From positions 5,198-69,197 of IMG/VR virus record IMGVR_UViG_3300010373_000006: a stretch of DNA of 64,000 nucleotides; one strand, written 5' to 3'. The translations under genes and the position numbers were made by a program. The notes below the pieces were generated by a model. That model was not told the origin of the DNA, did no database searches, and saw nothing but the letters and a program-made list of their open reading frames with translations. This document shows positions 7,376-16,527 of this stretch, piece by piece; the first letter of the stretch is position 1, and every line of letters starts with the position of its first letter. Source of the DNA: a virus.

Positions 7376-8437
7376 GTGGCTAAACCGCAACCTTCAGCGT
7401 GGGGAAAACTGAGTCAGGGGCAGAAATACATGCCCTGGGCATTGGACATTGCACGCGCCGTGTTCGCGCTCGGATTAGGGGAAAACGTCGGCATGCTCTT
7501 CTGGCACGTGGTCGAACAATCCTGGGCTCTCCCCCGCTTTCGCACTCGCGACAAGTGGTCGGATCCGCTCCCCGTATTGCTCAAGTGCTCCGACCTCGCC
7601 GACGAGTGGGGAACGTCGCGGCAGCGGGTCCACGAGGCCAAGAAGTGGCTGGTCGCGTCACGCTTAATTTTGGAAGATTCGGACGGCGTTTGGGTCAATA
7701 AGAATGCCCATGAATGGATCAATCCGAAGTGCGGCCAACCGCTCTTGAATGCAAAACAACTTGCTTATGCCACCGCTGCAAGGAGTCGCGGTGAGAGTGA
7801 AACCTGTCACGGTACACCGTTACAAGATGACACGCATGGATGTCACGGTACACCGTTACAAGAGGGCGATAAGTGTCACGGTCTACCGTTACAACCCACA
7901 CATGCATGTCACGGTCTACCGTTACAAAATGACGACGTTTGTCACGGTACACCGTTACAAAATCCCTCGCGCGTAGAAGATCGCGTGCGCGAAAATAATA
8001 AAAAATCTGAAAAAGAAAATACTACTACTGAAGCCGAAGTAGACGCGGTTGATTCGTGGGCTCAAGGCGCATTCCGAGATCGCGGCATCTACGAACTCCA
8101 GAACATCGGCCCCAACGTTCGCCTCTGGGTACGATCCCGATTCAAGGCCGCTTGGATCAGGGAGGCTCTTCTGGCCGGCGCAGCAAACGATCCCACGCAC
8201 ATCGTCAGATACGCCAACGGGTGCCTTCGGAAATGGGAAAAGGCCGGAGCTTCGACATCCGAGCAGGAAGCCGCGAAGGCTGCCAAAAAGGCTGAGTCCG
8301 AACCGATCGTCTACCACGTCGCCTCCCCCGACGCCGACGTCCGGCTCGCTCGCATCGAAGCGAACCAACGTGAGAAGAACCGGAAACTTCAAGCCGAACT
8401 CGCGGCGAAGCATGCCGCGAAGGAGATGCCCCAATGA
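7376..8437 (+). CDS. Phage replication initiator (lambda O-like organisation)
   Basis: N-terminal HTH-like segment, internal iteron repeats (CHGxPLQ x5), DnaD-like C-terminal region, coupled to dnaB. Confidence 0.75.
   Translation: MAKPQPSAWGKLSQGQKYMPWALDIARAVFALGLGENVGMLFWHVVEQSWALPRFRTRDKWSDPLPVLLKCSDLADEWGTSRQRVHEAKKWLVASRLILEDSDGVWVNKNAHEWINPKCGQPLLNAKQLAYATAARSRGESETCHGTPLQDDTHGCHGTPLQEGDKCHGLPLQPTHACHGLPLQNDDVCHGTPLQNPSRVEDRVRENNKKSEKENTTTEAEVDAVDSWAQGAFRDRGIYELQNIGPNVRLWVRSRFKAAWIREALLAGAANDPTHIVRYANGCLRKWEKAGASTSEQEAAKAAKKAESEPIVYHVASPDADVRLARIEANQREKNRKLQAELAAKHAAKEMPQ
7805..8030. repeat. Replication origin: five 21-bp quasi-palindromic iterons plus an A-rich tract
   Basis: TGTCACGGT(AC/CT)ACCGTTACAA at 7805, 7841, 7874, 7907 and 7940 (spacing 36, 33, 33, 33); A-rich 7991-8030. 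Confidence 0.8.
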
Positions 8438-9831
8438 CGCTTGCATTCAAGCCTCAGCACGACCGCCCGGCACCGATGCCGCCGCGGCTCCCGCCCCAGA
8501 ACCTCGAAGCTGAGCGAAGCGTTCTCGGCGCGGTGCTGATCGACAATGCCACGATGAACGAAATCGCGACGATTCTTCGGCCCGATGATTTCTACCGCGA
8601 CACACACCAGATCGTCTATCGAGCCATGCTCGACATGCGGAACGGCGGGAAGCCGATCGACACCTTGACGCTCGCCGACACGCTCATTCATCGCGGGCAG
8701 TTCGACGAAGTCGGTGGGGACGAATTTCTGGCCAGTCTGTTCGACTGTACGCCTCACGGTGCCAACGGTAAGCACCACGCGGAAATCGTTCGAGAGAAAG
8801 CGATCAAGCGTGAGTCGATCGCTGTAGCGAACGAGATTTTGCGGGACGGGTACGCCGAAGAGACAACGGCTGACGAATTCCTTACGTCTGCGGAACGCCG
8901 GATTTTTACCATCACGGCATCGCGTATCAAATCCCGCGTGGTGACCGGCGCTCAGGCGGCCGCGGCGGCACTGGAAAACATCTATGCCCGGCTCGAAGGT
9001 TCCGCGCAGGGGATTCAGACTGGGCTTCACGCCATCGACGAAGTGATCGACGGTTTGCGGCCCGGCAACCTGATCATCATCGCGGCTCGTCCGAGCCAGG
9101 GGAAAAGCGCTCTGGCGATGAACCTTGCCGAACGCGCGGCCTACCAGGCTGGGATTTACACCAGCTTCATCAGCCTCGAAATGGACTACGAGGAACTTGG
9201 CAAACGGCTCCTATCGAGCCAGAGCCGTATCGACGCCGGCCGTTTCAAGGCACCGGAAAGGCTGACGCAGAATGACCTCGGGTTGCTCGCGCGGAAGGTT
9301 CACGAATTGACCGGAGGCCAGCTCGATATCGACGACACGCCGGGGCGGACGATCTCTCAAATCGGCGCGATCGCGAGGCACCTGAAGGCCACGAAGGGTC
9401 TTGGCCTGATGATTGTCGACTACCTCGGGAAGATCGACGGTCAGCCCCAAAGAGGCGAGTCCCGACAGGCCGAAGTATCGCGGATCTCCTCGGGACTGAA
9501 GAACATCGCCCGCGAGGTTCAGATCCCGATGGTTGTGCTCCATCAACTCAACCGCCAGAGCGAACTGCGTGAGGACCGACGGCCGCGGCTCGCGGACCTC
9601 CGCGACTCCGGCCAGATCGAGGCTGATGCCGATGTGGTCGTGCTCTTGCACCGGCATGAGTTTTACCATCCCGGCGAGCGCGCGAACGAGGCCGACGCGT
9701 TCATCGCGAAGAACCGGATGGGAGAGACGAAAGCTGTCCGTCTCGCGTTCTTCGGCGGTGTTTCGCGGTTCGAGAACCTGGCGCACTCGAATCAGAATTG
9801 CCAAAGCGACTGGGAAGAAAAGGTCTTCTGA
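8434..9831 (+). CDS. dnaB: Replicative DNA helicase DnaB
   Basis: PPQNLEAERSVLG, Walker A ARPSQGKS, SLEM, IVDYL, QLNR, DLRDSGQIEADAD. Confidence 0.95.
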   Translation: MTLAFKPQHDRPAPMPPRLPPQNLEAERSVLGAVLIDNATMNEIATILRPDDFYRDTHQIVYRAMLDMRNGGKPIDTLTLADTLIHRGQFDEVGGDEFLASLFDCTPHGANGKHHAEIVREKAIKRESIAVANEILRDGYAEETTADEFLTSAERRIFTITASRIKSRVVTGAQAAAAALENIYARLEGSAQGIQTGLHAIDEVIDGLRPGNLIIIAARPSQGKSALAMNLAERAAYQAGIYTSFISLEMDYEELGKRLLSSQSRIDAGRFKAPERLTQNDLGLLARKVHELTGGQLDIDDTPGRTISQIGAIARHLKATKGLGLMIVDYLGKIDGQPQRGESRQAEVSRISSGLKNIAREVQIPMVVLHQLNRQSELREDRRPRLADLRDSGQIEADADVVVLLHRHEFYHPGERANEADAFIAKNRMGETKAVRLAFFGGVSRFENLAHSNQNCQSDWEEKVF

Positions 9832-9841
9832 AAGGGGCGCC

Positions 9842-10159
9842 ATGAGTGTTCATTGCATGCGAATCAGAGGCGACACGCTAGCGGTTCGACTCAATCGAAT
9901 CGCTCGCAATCTGCGGAACATCGGCCCCGGCGAGGACGCCCACGAAGCGGCCGAGCGCATCGCGAGAGACGTGGAGGATCTTTTGTACGAGGCATCGCAA
10001 GACCCTCACGCGGGCTCGATGTCGATGTCCGACGTGATGCGAGAACTCTGCAATCCGCGCTCGTGGCGCGCCTGCCTCGAACAAGAACTGAGGACGAATC
10101 CCGACGCGTTGCTCGATTGGTGGCGGTACGGACTGCCCGAAGAGGCGGCGATTGGTTGA
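9842..10159 (+). CDS. Hypothetical protein
   Basis: ATG after AGGGG; fits the operon. Confidence 0.5.
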   Translation: MSVHCMRIRGDTLAVRLNRIARNLRNIGPGEDAHEAAERIARDVEDLLYEASQDPHAGSMSMSDVMRELCNPRSWRACLEQELRTNPDALLDWWRYGLPEEAAIG

Positions 10160-10206
10160 CACCCACGTTCTGACCTCCAACCCTAACCGAAAGGCCCCGA
10201 CCCATC

Positions 10207-10437
10207 ATGCCCGACTACGACGCCGAGACCTGCCGACTGGTGGCTGATTCTGAATCCTGGGTAGCCCGCTGTGAGGCTGACTGGCTCGCAGCCAAGGAAC
10301 AAACCAGGGCGTGCAAGGAAACGTACGACGAGGCCGTCGCGGGCCTACGGACGCTGATCCGGCAGCGCAAGGCTGGTGTGCAGGAGTTGCCGCTGAGCGA
10401 CCCCGAAGACGAACCGAGCGGGAGGCTGAACCGATGA
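10207..10437 (+). CDS. Hypothetical coiled-coil protein
   Basis: ORF track; ATGA coupling to the next gene. Confidence 0.5.
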   Translation: MPDYDAETCRLVADSESWVARCEADWLAAKEQTRACKETYDEAVAGLRTLIRQRKAGVQELPLSDPEDEPSGRLNR

Positions 10438-10844
10438 ACCACACCATCCTCGAATCCCTTGCCCGCCGCTCGCTTGGCCAACCCGAGACATGGTCGGCCT
10501 TTCGCTGGGAATCGCTCCGCGCTGGCAACGAGGCTATCGGCTGGAAACTCAGAGGCGCGGTCGCTCCGCCCAGGCTTCGCGGCATAGCCAAGGGGCGACC
10601 GAACTGGAAGCGGCGCGACAAATCAACGGAGTGCGAAATCATCATCAGTGTCGCGCAGTACAACGCCTTCGAGACCGAGTGGGTCAAGCAAACCGGGAGA
10701 TGTCCCGATTGCGCGGGGAAGGCTACCGCGTTCGTGGGCTGGTCGCGGGACGAGGGCGTAAAGACGCGGCCTTGTCCGGAGTGCCAGGGAACGGGAAAGG
10801 TCGCGTCTGTCGTCACACCAACACCCCAGGGAGCCAACCCTTGA
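10434..10844 (+). CDS. Protein with DnaJ-type CxxCxGxG Zn-finger motifs
   Basis: CPDCAGK and CPECQGTG; GGAGG RBS. Confidence 0.55.
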   Translation: MNHTILESLARRSLGQPETWSAFRWESLRAGNEAIGWKLRGAVAPPRLRGIAKGRPNWKRRDKSTECEIIISVAQYNAFETEWVKQTGRCPDCAGKATAFVGWSRDEGVKTRPCPECQGTGKVASVVTPTPQGANP

Positions 10845-11185
10845 CCACCCTCGCCGCCCAACTCGCCGCCGTCCGCGATCTGCTCCTCGAAGGCCGCCGC
10901 TGGGTGCGCACCAACGCCACCGAATGCCGGCGGAATCTCGCGGAAGCCGCCCAGCGGCTTGATAGCGTGATCTACAGTGACCTGACCGGGAATTTCCCCG
11001 TCGGAGGCCCCGAAACGCCCTACGCGGCCTTCTGTGCGATTCTGGAGCGAACCCGCGATAACCTGCTCGCGGGGGCTAAGTGCATCCTTGCGTGCCCGGC
11101 GGCGACGATAGGGGCGATCGATCTGGCGGCATGGGAGCTGGCGGTGGAGGTGGGGAGGATGGAGAGGGAGCCCGAGACGGAATGA
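10841..11185 (+). CDS. Hypothetical protein
   Basis: TTGA coupling; GGGAG RBS. Confidence 0.45.
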   Translation: MTTLAAQLAAVRDLLLEGRRWVRTNATECRRNLAEAAQRLDSVIYSDLTGNFPVGGPETPYAAFCAILERTRDNLLAGAKCILACPAATIGAIDLAAWELAVEVGRMEREPETE

Positions 11186-12591
11186 ATTTTGACTATATGC
11201 GGAGATCACGATTGAAGACCATCGTAGCGGCCGATCTGTTTGCGGGTGCCGGCGGAACCTCCACCGGCTTGATCGAAGCGTGCGAATTGCGCGGCTTGAA
11301 ACTGAAATTGACCGCGGTGAACCACTGGCCGGTCGCGATCGAGACTCATGCCGCGAATCACCCCGCGGCTGAGCATCACTGCACCGGATTGGATTCGGTC
11401 GATCCGCGCAGGATATGCCCTGGAAGGCTCGACGTGTTGATGGCGAGCCCCGAATGCACTCATCACAGTAATGCCCGCGGCGGCAAGCCCTGTGACGACC
11501 AGAGCCGGTCCACGGCCTGGCATGTCGTGCGCTGGGCGGAAGCACTGAGACCGCGCGCGATTTTGGTGGAGAACGTGCGGGAGTTCGAGGGGTGGGGACC
11601 ACTGGGCACCAATGGACGCCCGTTGAAATCCAAAAAAGGGGCAATCTTTCACGCCTGGGTCAACGCGCTCGAGGCGATCGGCTACAAGGTCTCGTGGCGA
11701 CTGGTGAACGCGGCAAACTACGGAGGGGCCACGACTCGAACGCGCCTGTTCGTGGAAGCCGTGCGAGGCCGATGCCAGATCCATTGGGCTGAGATCAGCC
11801 ACGAACGAGACCCGCAACCCGGCCTATTCGGTACGCTTCGTCCCTGGCGCGCGGCTCGTGAGGTCATTGACTGGACGTTGCCCGGCAAGTCGATCTTCGG
11901 GCGCAAGACACCGCTGAAGCCGAATACCATTGCACGTATCATGGAAGGAATCCGGCTGTTCTGGGGAGTCGATCCCGAGCCGTTTTTGGTGCGGCTCCGC
12001 GGCACTTCGGCGGCACATATCGGCTCATCAGCACTACCGGTCTCTGAGCCAATCCCGACACTCACAGCCGGTCGGAACATTGGCTTGTGCGAGCCCTTCG
12101 TGATCGGTCAGCACTCCGGCGCGGTCCCACGCTCGGTTCATCAGCCCATGCCGACCGTTGCGGGCGCCGGTGCGATATCAATAGTTCAACCGTTTTTGGT
12201 CCCCACGAACTACGGCGAGCGCGAAGGGCAGCGCCCTCGTACGCATTCTGTTGGCGCTCCTCTGCCGACCGTCGTCGGCTCAGGCACTCACGGCCTGGTT
12301 GAGCCCTTCATGGTCTCGTACTACAGCAATGGCCAGCCTCTCTCGATCCACGATCCGCTCGACACCATAACAGGCAGGGATCGCTTCGGGTTGGTGACGC
12401 CCTCTGGTGCGATCATTGCCGACGTGTTGTTTCGCATGCTCCAGCCTCACGAGCTTGCCGCGGGTATGGGTTTCCCGGCCGGCTACAGGTTCGCCGGGAA
12501 CCGCGGGGACGTGGTGAAGCAGATCGGCAACGCGGTAGAGGTCAACGTTGCCAGGGCGCACCTGAACGAGTTACTGGGAGTCGTGGCATGA
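11182..12591 (+). CDS. DNA (cytosine-5)-methyltransferase
   Basis: DLFAGAGG, SPEC, ENV, RTRLF and KQIGNAV motifs. Confidence 0.92.
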   Translation: MNFDYMRRSRLKTIVAADLFAGAGGTSTGLIEACELRGLKLKLTAVNHWPVAIETHAANHPAAEHHCTGLDSVDPRRICPGRLDVLMASPECTHHSNARGGKPCDDQSRSTAWHVVRWAEALRPRAILVENVREFEGWGPLGTNGRPLKSKKGAIFHAWVNALEAIGYKVSWRLVNAANYGGATTRTRLFVEAVRGRCQIHWAEISHERDPQPGLFGTLRPWRAAREVIDWTLPGKSIFGRKTPLKPNTIARIMEGIRLFWGVDPEPFLVRLRGTSAAHIGSSALPVSEPIPTLTAGRNIGLCEPFVIGQHSGAVPRSVHQPMPTVAGAGAISIVQPFLVPTNYGEREGQRPRTHSVGAPLPTVVGSGTHGLVEPFMVSYYSNGQPLSIHDPLDTITGRDRFGLVTPSGAIIADVLFRMLQPHELAAGMGFPAGYRFAGNRGDVVKQIGNAVEVNVARAHLNELLGVVA

Positions 12592-13025
12592 CCACCCGCA
12601 CCAAACCCCTCCGCCCCGGCCGCACCGAAAAGCAGGTCACGCAGGAGGTGCTCGAAGCGCTTCGCATGTTCGGCCTTGAGCCGGTCCGTCAGAACGTGGG
12701 CGGCGGGGTCAATCCGTCGGGCCGCTACGTCGCGTTCGGCGAACCAGGACAGGCCGACTGGAAGGCTGAGCTCCCCGACGGCCGCACGCTGTTCATCGAA
12801 CTCAAACGCGAGGGGTTTGACCCGGCAAAACTACGCGGAGAGAAGCAAGCCCACTTCGCCCGGCAACTCGAAAAACTGCGCCACGAGAACGAACGCGGAA
12901 ACGTGGCGTTTTGGACGGATAATGCGGTGTTGATTACGAAGGTACTTCCGATCATCCTCGCGGGCGGTCGCGTTACCGAAGACGTGGATGGCCGGCTGGT
13001 GGTTGAACCGAGGGGAGGCGAGTGA
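12588..13025 (+). CDS. VRR-NUC / PD-(D/E)xK nuclease (resolvase-like)
   Basis: TEKQV...PGQAD...DGRTLFIELK. Confidence 0.7.
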   Translation: MTTRTKPLRPGRTEKQVTQEVLEALRMFGLEPVRQNVGGGVNPSGRYVAFGEPGQADWKAELPDGRTLFIELKREGFDPAKLRGEKQAHFARQLEKLRHENERGNVAFWTDNAVLITKVLPIILAGGRVTEDVDGRLVVEPRGGE

Positions 13026-13057
13026 TCGGGATGGGTGAACAGACTGGAATCCAATGC

Positions 13058-13086
13058 TTGACTTTTGACAGTTATTTTGATATGAT
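13058..13086 (+). promoter_or_regulatory. Promoter carried by the HNH insertion
   Basis: TTGACT (13058-13063), 17 bp, TATGAT (13081-13086). Confidence 0.65.
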
Positions 13087-13159
13087 CGTTGGGCCGGCTC
13101 GGGATGGTGGTACATCCCGGCCGACCACTTCACAACGAACCCTTTTGGGAGGGAACGTC

Positions 13160-13789
13160 ATGCCCCAGAAGCCTATTCCTGCGCGCCTCCGAGGTCAAAT
13201 CCAAGTTACGCCGGAATCGCTTTTTCCGGAGATCCTCCGGGTTGGCGGGCTTACCGTCGAACCGGATGGCTCGATTTGGAGGACACTCGTTAATCGTGGC
13301 GGGCATCTGCTTCCGTGCGAAAAACGCAGGGCCGAGCACTGCACTTCCACTCAGGCCGGTGAGCGCTATCTCCAAGTGCGAGCGATGGTTGGAGGCCATC
13401 GCTACTGCGTCTGCGCTCACAGGATCGTTTACTGGAAGTTCTTTGGGACAATGCCGGAAGACAAGGAAGTCAATCACGCCAATGGCCGCAAGACCGACAA
13501 TCGTCCGGTGAACCTCGAACTGGTTAGCTCGTCTGAGAATACCCGCCACGCTCATCGAACCGGACTCAAAGATCAATACGGCCAACGAAATCCTGCCGCC
13601 AAGTTGACTGATCGGCAAGTGGCCGAAATTAGGCTTGCCTATGCCTGTGGCGGGATTTCTCAGCAATCGCTGGCGGAAGAATATGGGGTGAGGTTTCAGC
13701 ACATTTCTCGGCTGATTCGGGGTCAACGTCGTGGCAAACAGGCTGGCCCTGTTTCGAGTTGCGACCACAGACGAAAGGGGAACGGCTAA
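13160..13789 (+). CDS. HNH homing endonuclease with C-terminal HTH
   Basis: AHRIV...VNHANGRKTDNRPVNLELVSSSENTRHA; AKLTDRQVAEIR HTH; GGGAGG RBS. Confidence 0.88.
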   Translation: MPQKPIPARLRGQIQVTPESLFPEILRVGGLTVEPDGSIWRTLVNRGGHLLPCEKRRAEHCTSTQAGERYLQVRAMVGGHRYCVCAHRIVYWKFFGTMPEDKEVNHANGRKTDNRPVNLELVSSSENTRHAHRTGLKDQYGQRNPAAKLTDRQVAEIRLAYACGGISQQSLAEEYGVRFQHISRLIRGQRRGKQAGPVSSCDHRRKGNG

Positions 13790-13793
13790 CGAA

Positions 13794-14696
13794 ATGGGTA
13801 ATTACTCGAACATCCAATGGTGCGACTCTACGGTCAACGGCACCACGGGTTGCGACGGCTGTGAGTTGTGGCCCGGGCCTTGCTACGCCGGCTATCTCCA
13901 CACCACACGGTTGGCCCTGTCGCTTCCCGCGCTCTACGCCCGCGATTTCACGGAAGTGCGGCTTGCCCCCGGCCGGATGGTCAAGGCTGCCGGGTGGGCC
14001 GACATGAGGGGCCGCGCTCGCCCCACGAAGCCCTGGATTCCACCCGAAACACCCCGCCTCATCTTCGTTGGGGACATGGGGGATCTGTTCTCGAAGGCCG
14101 TACCATTCGATTACGTCTACAAGGAAGTCATTGTCAACGCACGTTCGGCCAAGGGTTCCCGACACAATTGGCTCCTGCTGACGAAGTACCCCCGGCGCAT
14201 GGCTGAGTTCGCAGATTTGCTCATCAGCCAGAATGACCCTTGGCCTGAAAACGTCTGGGCCGGAACGTCGGTCACGCGAGCCAAGACCCTGAGCCGTCTT
14301 GATCACCTGAAGCGCGTCCCCGCTCGAATTCGCTACGTCAGCGTCGAGCCGATGCTAGAGAATATCGACCTCACCCCTTACTTGAGGTGGCTCTCTTGGG
14401 CGATTCTGGGTGGCGAGAGCGACCAGTCGCCGCACAAGGCCCGCCCCTTCGATCTCGCATGTGCACGCTCGATCCGCGATCAGTGCAAGACCGCTGGGGT
14501 GCCGTTCTTCCTGAAGCAACTCGGGAGTCGTCCTTACGACTCAAATATCAAGATGCATGCTCGGAACCAGGAGCGCGTCACGAACGAAGTCTCGCTCCGC
14601 GACTCCCACGGCGGCGACATGACCGAGTGGCCCGAGGATCTTCGCGTGCGGGAGATGCCCGAGGTTGGCGCTGTGGTGACAGGAGCATCGTCATGA
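13794..14696 (+). CDS. DUF5131 (phage Gp37/Gp68) family protein
   Basis: SNIQWCDSTVN..TGC..C...CYA, IFVGDMGDLF, LLTK.P, SVEPML, GGES, PFFLKQLG. Confidence 0.88.
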   Translation: MGNYSNIQWCDSTVNGTTGCDGCELWPGPCYAGYLHTTRLALSLPALYARDFTEVRLAPGRMVKAAGWADMRGRARPTKPWIPPETPRLIFVGDMGDLFSKAVPFDYVYKEVIVNARSAKGSRHNWLLLTKYPRRMAEFADLLISQNDPWPENVWAGTSVTRAKTLSRLDHLKRVPARIRYVSVEPMLENIDLTPYLRWLSWAILGGESDQSPHKARPFDLACARSIRDQCKTAGVPFFLKQLGSRPYDSNIKMHARNQERVTNEVSLRDSHGGDMTEWPEDLRVREMPEVGAVVTGASS

Positions 14697-14923
14697 AGAC
14701 CGCAACCGCGACGTGCAAGCCCATCCTGTTTTCCGGGCCGCTACACGATCGGTGTCGGCGCCGGGGAATTGATTGTCTACTGCAAGAGGCTCTCGGACGT
14801 CTCGCAGGCTCCGATCGGGTTCTGCGGCGTGAAGGTGACGGCGAAGTTCACGGGCGCGTTCTTCCGGTCCAGGGAAGCCCGCTCGCCAACGGCCCTACCG
14901 ATCCGGAGAACCCTGAGCCATGA
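14693..14923 (+). pseudogene. Probable truncated remnant of a KERPILFSGPM-type phage protein
   Basis: Starts MKTATATCKPILFSGP, then loses similarity to that family. Confidence 0.3.
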
Positions 14924-15921
14924 GCGACGCGGCCCCCTCTGCCCCCAAAGAAATCCGGTTCTACCGGGCGAGCGAAAAGCCCTACGGTTGCTTTTCCAAC
15001 TTATACCGCAGGCCCTTCGAATTCGAGGGCAAGACCTACTCCACGGCGGAAGCCGCCTACCAGGCCGGGAAACCCCGGGCTGACGCCGTGCGCCGCTGGA
15101 TCCTCGATGCGCCGTCCCCCTCTCTCCTCGCCATGGCGGCCCATGGCCTGGCCTACTGGGACATCGCGCCCGGCTGGAGCAAGAACCGCCGCACTCGCAT
15201 GAAGGCCGTCGTCCAGGCGAAGTTCGCCCAGCACAAGGACCTGGCGGATCTCCTCGTCGGTACGGGCGCGGCCCGGCTCGTGGAAACGGGCACGGTCGAT
15301 AACGACGTGAACCGCCGCTGGGGCGAGGTGAAGGGCGTCGGCGAAAACGGACTGGGGATCATCCTGATGGAAGTCCGGGGCGAACTGGGCGGCACAGGCG
15401 TCATTGCACGCACACCGCCACGCCTCGGGCTCGATCCCAGTCGCCCCTTGCTGTTTCTGGATATTGATGGCGTACTCAATTGTTCGTTCAATAGCCGAGA
15501 GCAAATCGGCATGTTCCATGTCGAACCGGTCCTGGCTTTTCGCAAGTTCCTCCAGGCCGTGACGCCCCAGGTGGTCTTATCGTCCACCTGGAGGAGCATC
15601 ATCCATGCGGGCTACATGACCGTGAAGGGCTTTGAATCGCTCTTGCTCACGCACCGGATTCGCTGTGAGCTCATCGACGTGACCGCGAAGGACCTGGGCG
15701 ACGTCGACCCCTTTCAGCGCCCGACCCGCGCCGCTCAGATTGCCGACTGGCTCAACCAGCATCACATGGAACAGCCCTATGTCGTGATTGACGACGACGA
15801 TGATGGGATCTCGGCGGCGGGGCATCCCTTTGTGCAGACGAATGGGGCCTTCGGGTTCACTGCGGAGGATGGCGAACGGGCGATTCAATTGCTTGAGGAG
15901 CAAAGGAAGGTTTTAACATGA
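14920..15921 (+). CDS. NADAR domain fused to a HAD (Swiss-Army-Knife type) phosphatase domain
   Basis: FY..PYGCFSN...YSTAEAAYQAGK...KFAQH.DL..LL.TG..LVE...WG..GENGLGIILMEVR (NADAR); LFLDIDGVLN, VVLSSTWR, YVVIDDD (HAD). Confidence 0.85.
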   Translation: MSDAAPSAPKEIRFYRASEKPYGCFSNLYRRPFEFEGKTYSTAEAAYQAGKPRADAVRRWILDAPSPSLLAMAAHGLAYWDIAPGWSKNRRTRMKAVVQAKFAQHKDLADLLVGTGAARLVETGTVDNDVNRRWGEVKGVGENGLGIILMEVRGELGGTGVIARTPPRLGLDPSRPLLFLDIDGVLNCSFNSREQIGMFHVEPVLAFRKFLQAVTPQVVLSSTWRSIIHAGYMTVKGFESLLLTHRIRCELIDVTAKDLGDVDPFQRPTRAAQIADWLNQHHMEQPYVVIDDDDDGISAAGHPFVQTNGAFGFTAEDGERAIQLLEEQRKVLT

Positions 15922-16154
15922 AGACGAATTACCTTAAACGGGTGGTCAAAGCCGAGTATCAACTCGCCGCCGCCCAGGAGCGGGAGCGGAGGCTGCGGGA
16001 AGCATGCGCGGACGCGCTAGAAGCCGTAGGCAGTGTCCCGATCAACGACAAAAACAAACGCGATCCCGACACCCTAGCGGCGCTGCATGCCTGCCTGATC
16101 TTGACTACCGCCCTGGCCGACGAACCCGCGAAAGGACCCAGCAATGCCCGATGA
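15918..16154 (+). CDS. Hypothetical protein
   Basis: ATGA coupling. Confidence 0.5.
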   Translation: MKTNYLKRVVKAEYQLAAAQERERRLREACADALEAVGSVPINDKNKRDPDTLAALHACLILTTALADEPAKGPSNAR

Positions 16155-16527
16155 ACCCCTGAAGCTTCTACCGTGCCCGTTCTGCGGTCACGACTCACCG
16201 GATTTCGAGCGGCTGGGCGATCGTCGTCAATCCTGCATCGTCGTGTGCGGGATGTGTGGTTGTCGGCACGAAAGCAGCGACGAAGGACGTTGGAACGGAT
16301 CGTCGTGGAACCGCCGCGTAAAGCCGTTGGAGACAAAAACAACCGTTCATTACGGCGTCCAGGAAAAGCGCAAGCACGACGAATCCGCGACGTGGGCGCG
16401 ATTCGTGGAATACGACACCCATAAAGCCGCCGTAGAAGAGATGACGCATCTCCGAAAACTGAATCCGATTGCGAAGGATTGGGATTTTCGCGTGGTCAAG
16501 ATCACGACGGAGGCATGCAATGAGTGA
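16144..16527 (+). CDS. Lar-family restriction alleviation-like protein
   Basis: LLPCPFCG...VCGMCG...WNRR. Confidence 0.7.
   Translation: MPDEPLKLLPCPFCGHDSPDFERLGDRRQSCIVVCGMCGCRHESSDEGRWNGSSWNRRVKPLETKTTVHYGVQEKRKHDESATWARFVEYDTHKAAVEEMTHLRKLNPIAKDWDFRVVKITTEACNE

Noticed and set aside
7805-7960. Regularly spaced palindromic repeats as a mini-CRISPR
   Set aside because: Gaps are only 12-15 bp, the repeats are in frame inside the initiator gene, and an A-rich tract follows. This fits iterons.
10205-11644. Long antisense ORFs (also 31799-33271 and 50099-51301)
   Set aside because: They overlap well-supported plus-strand genes and lack motifs; such ORFs are expected in high-GC DNA.
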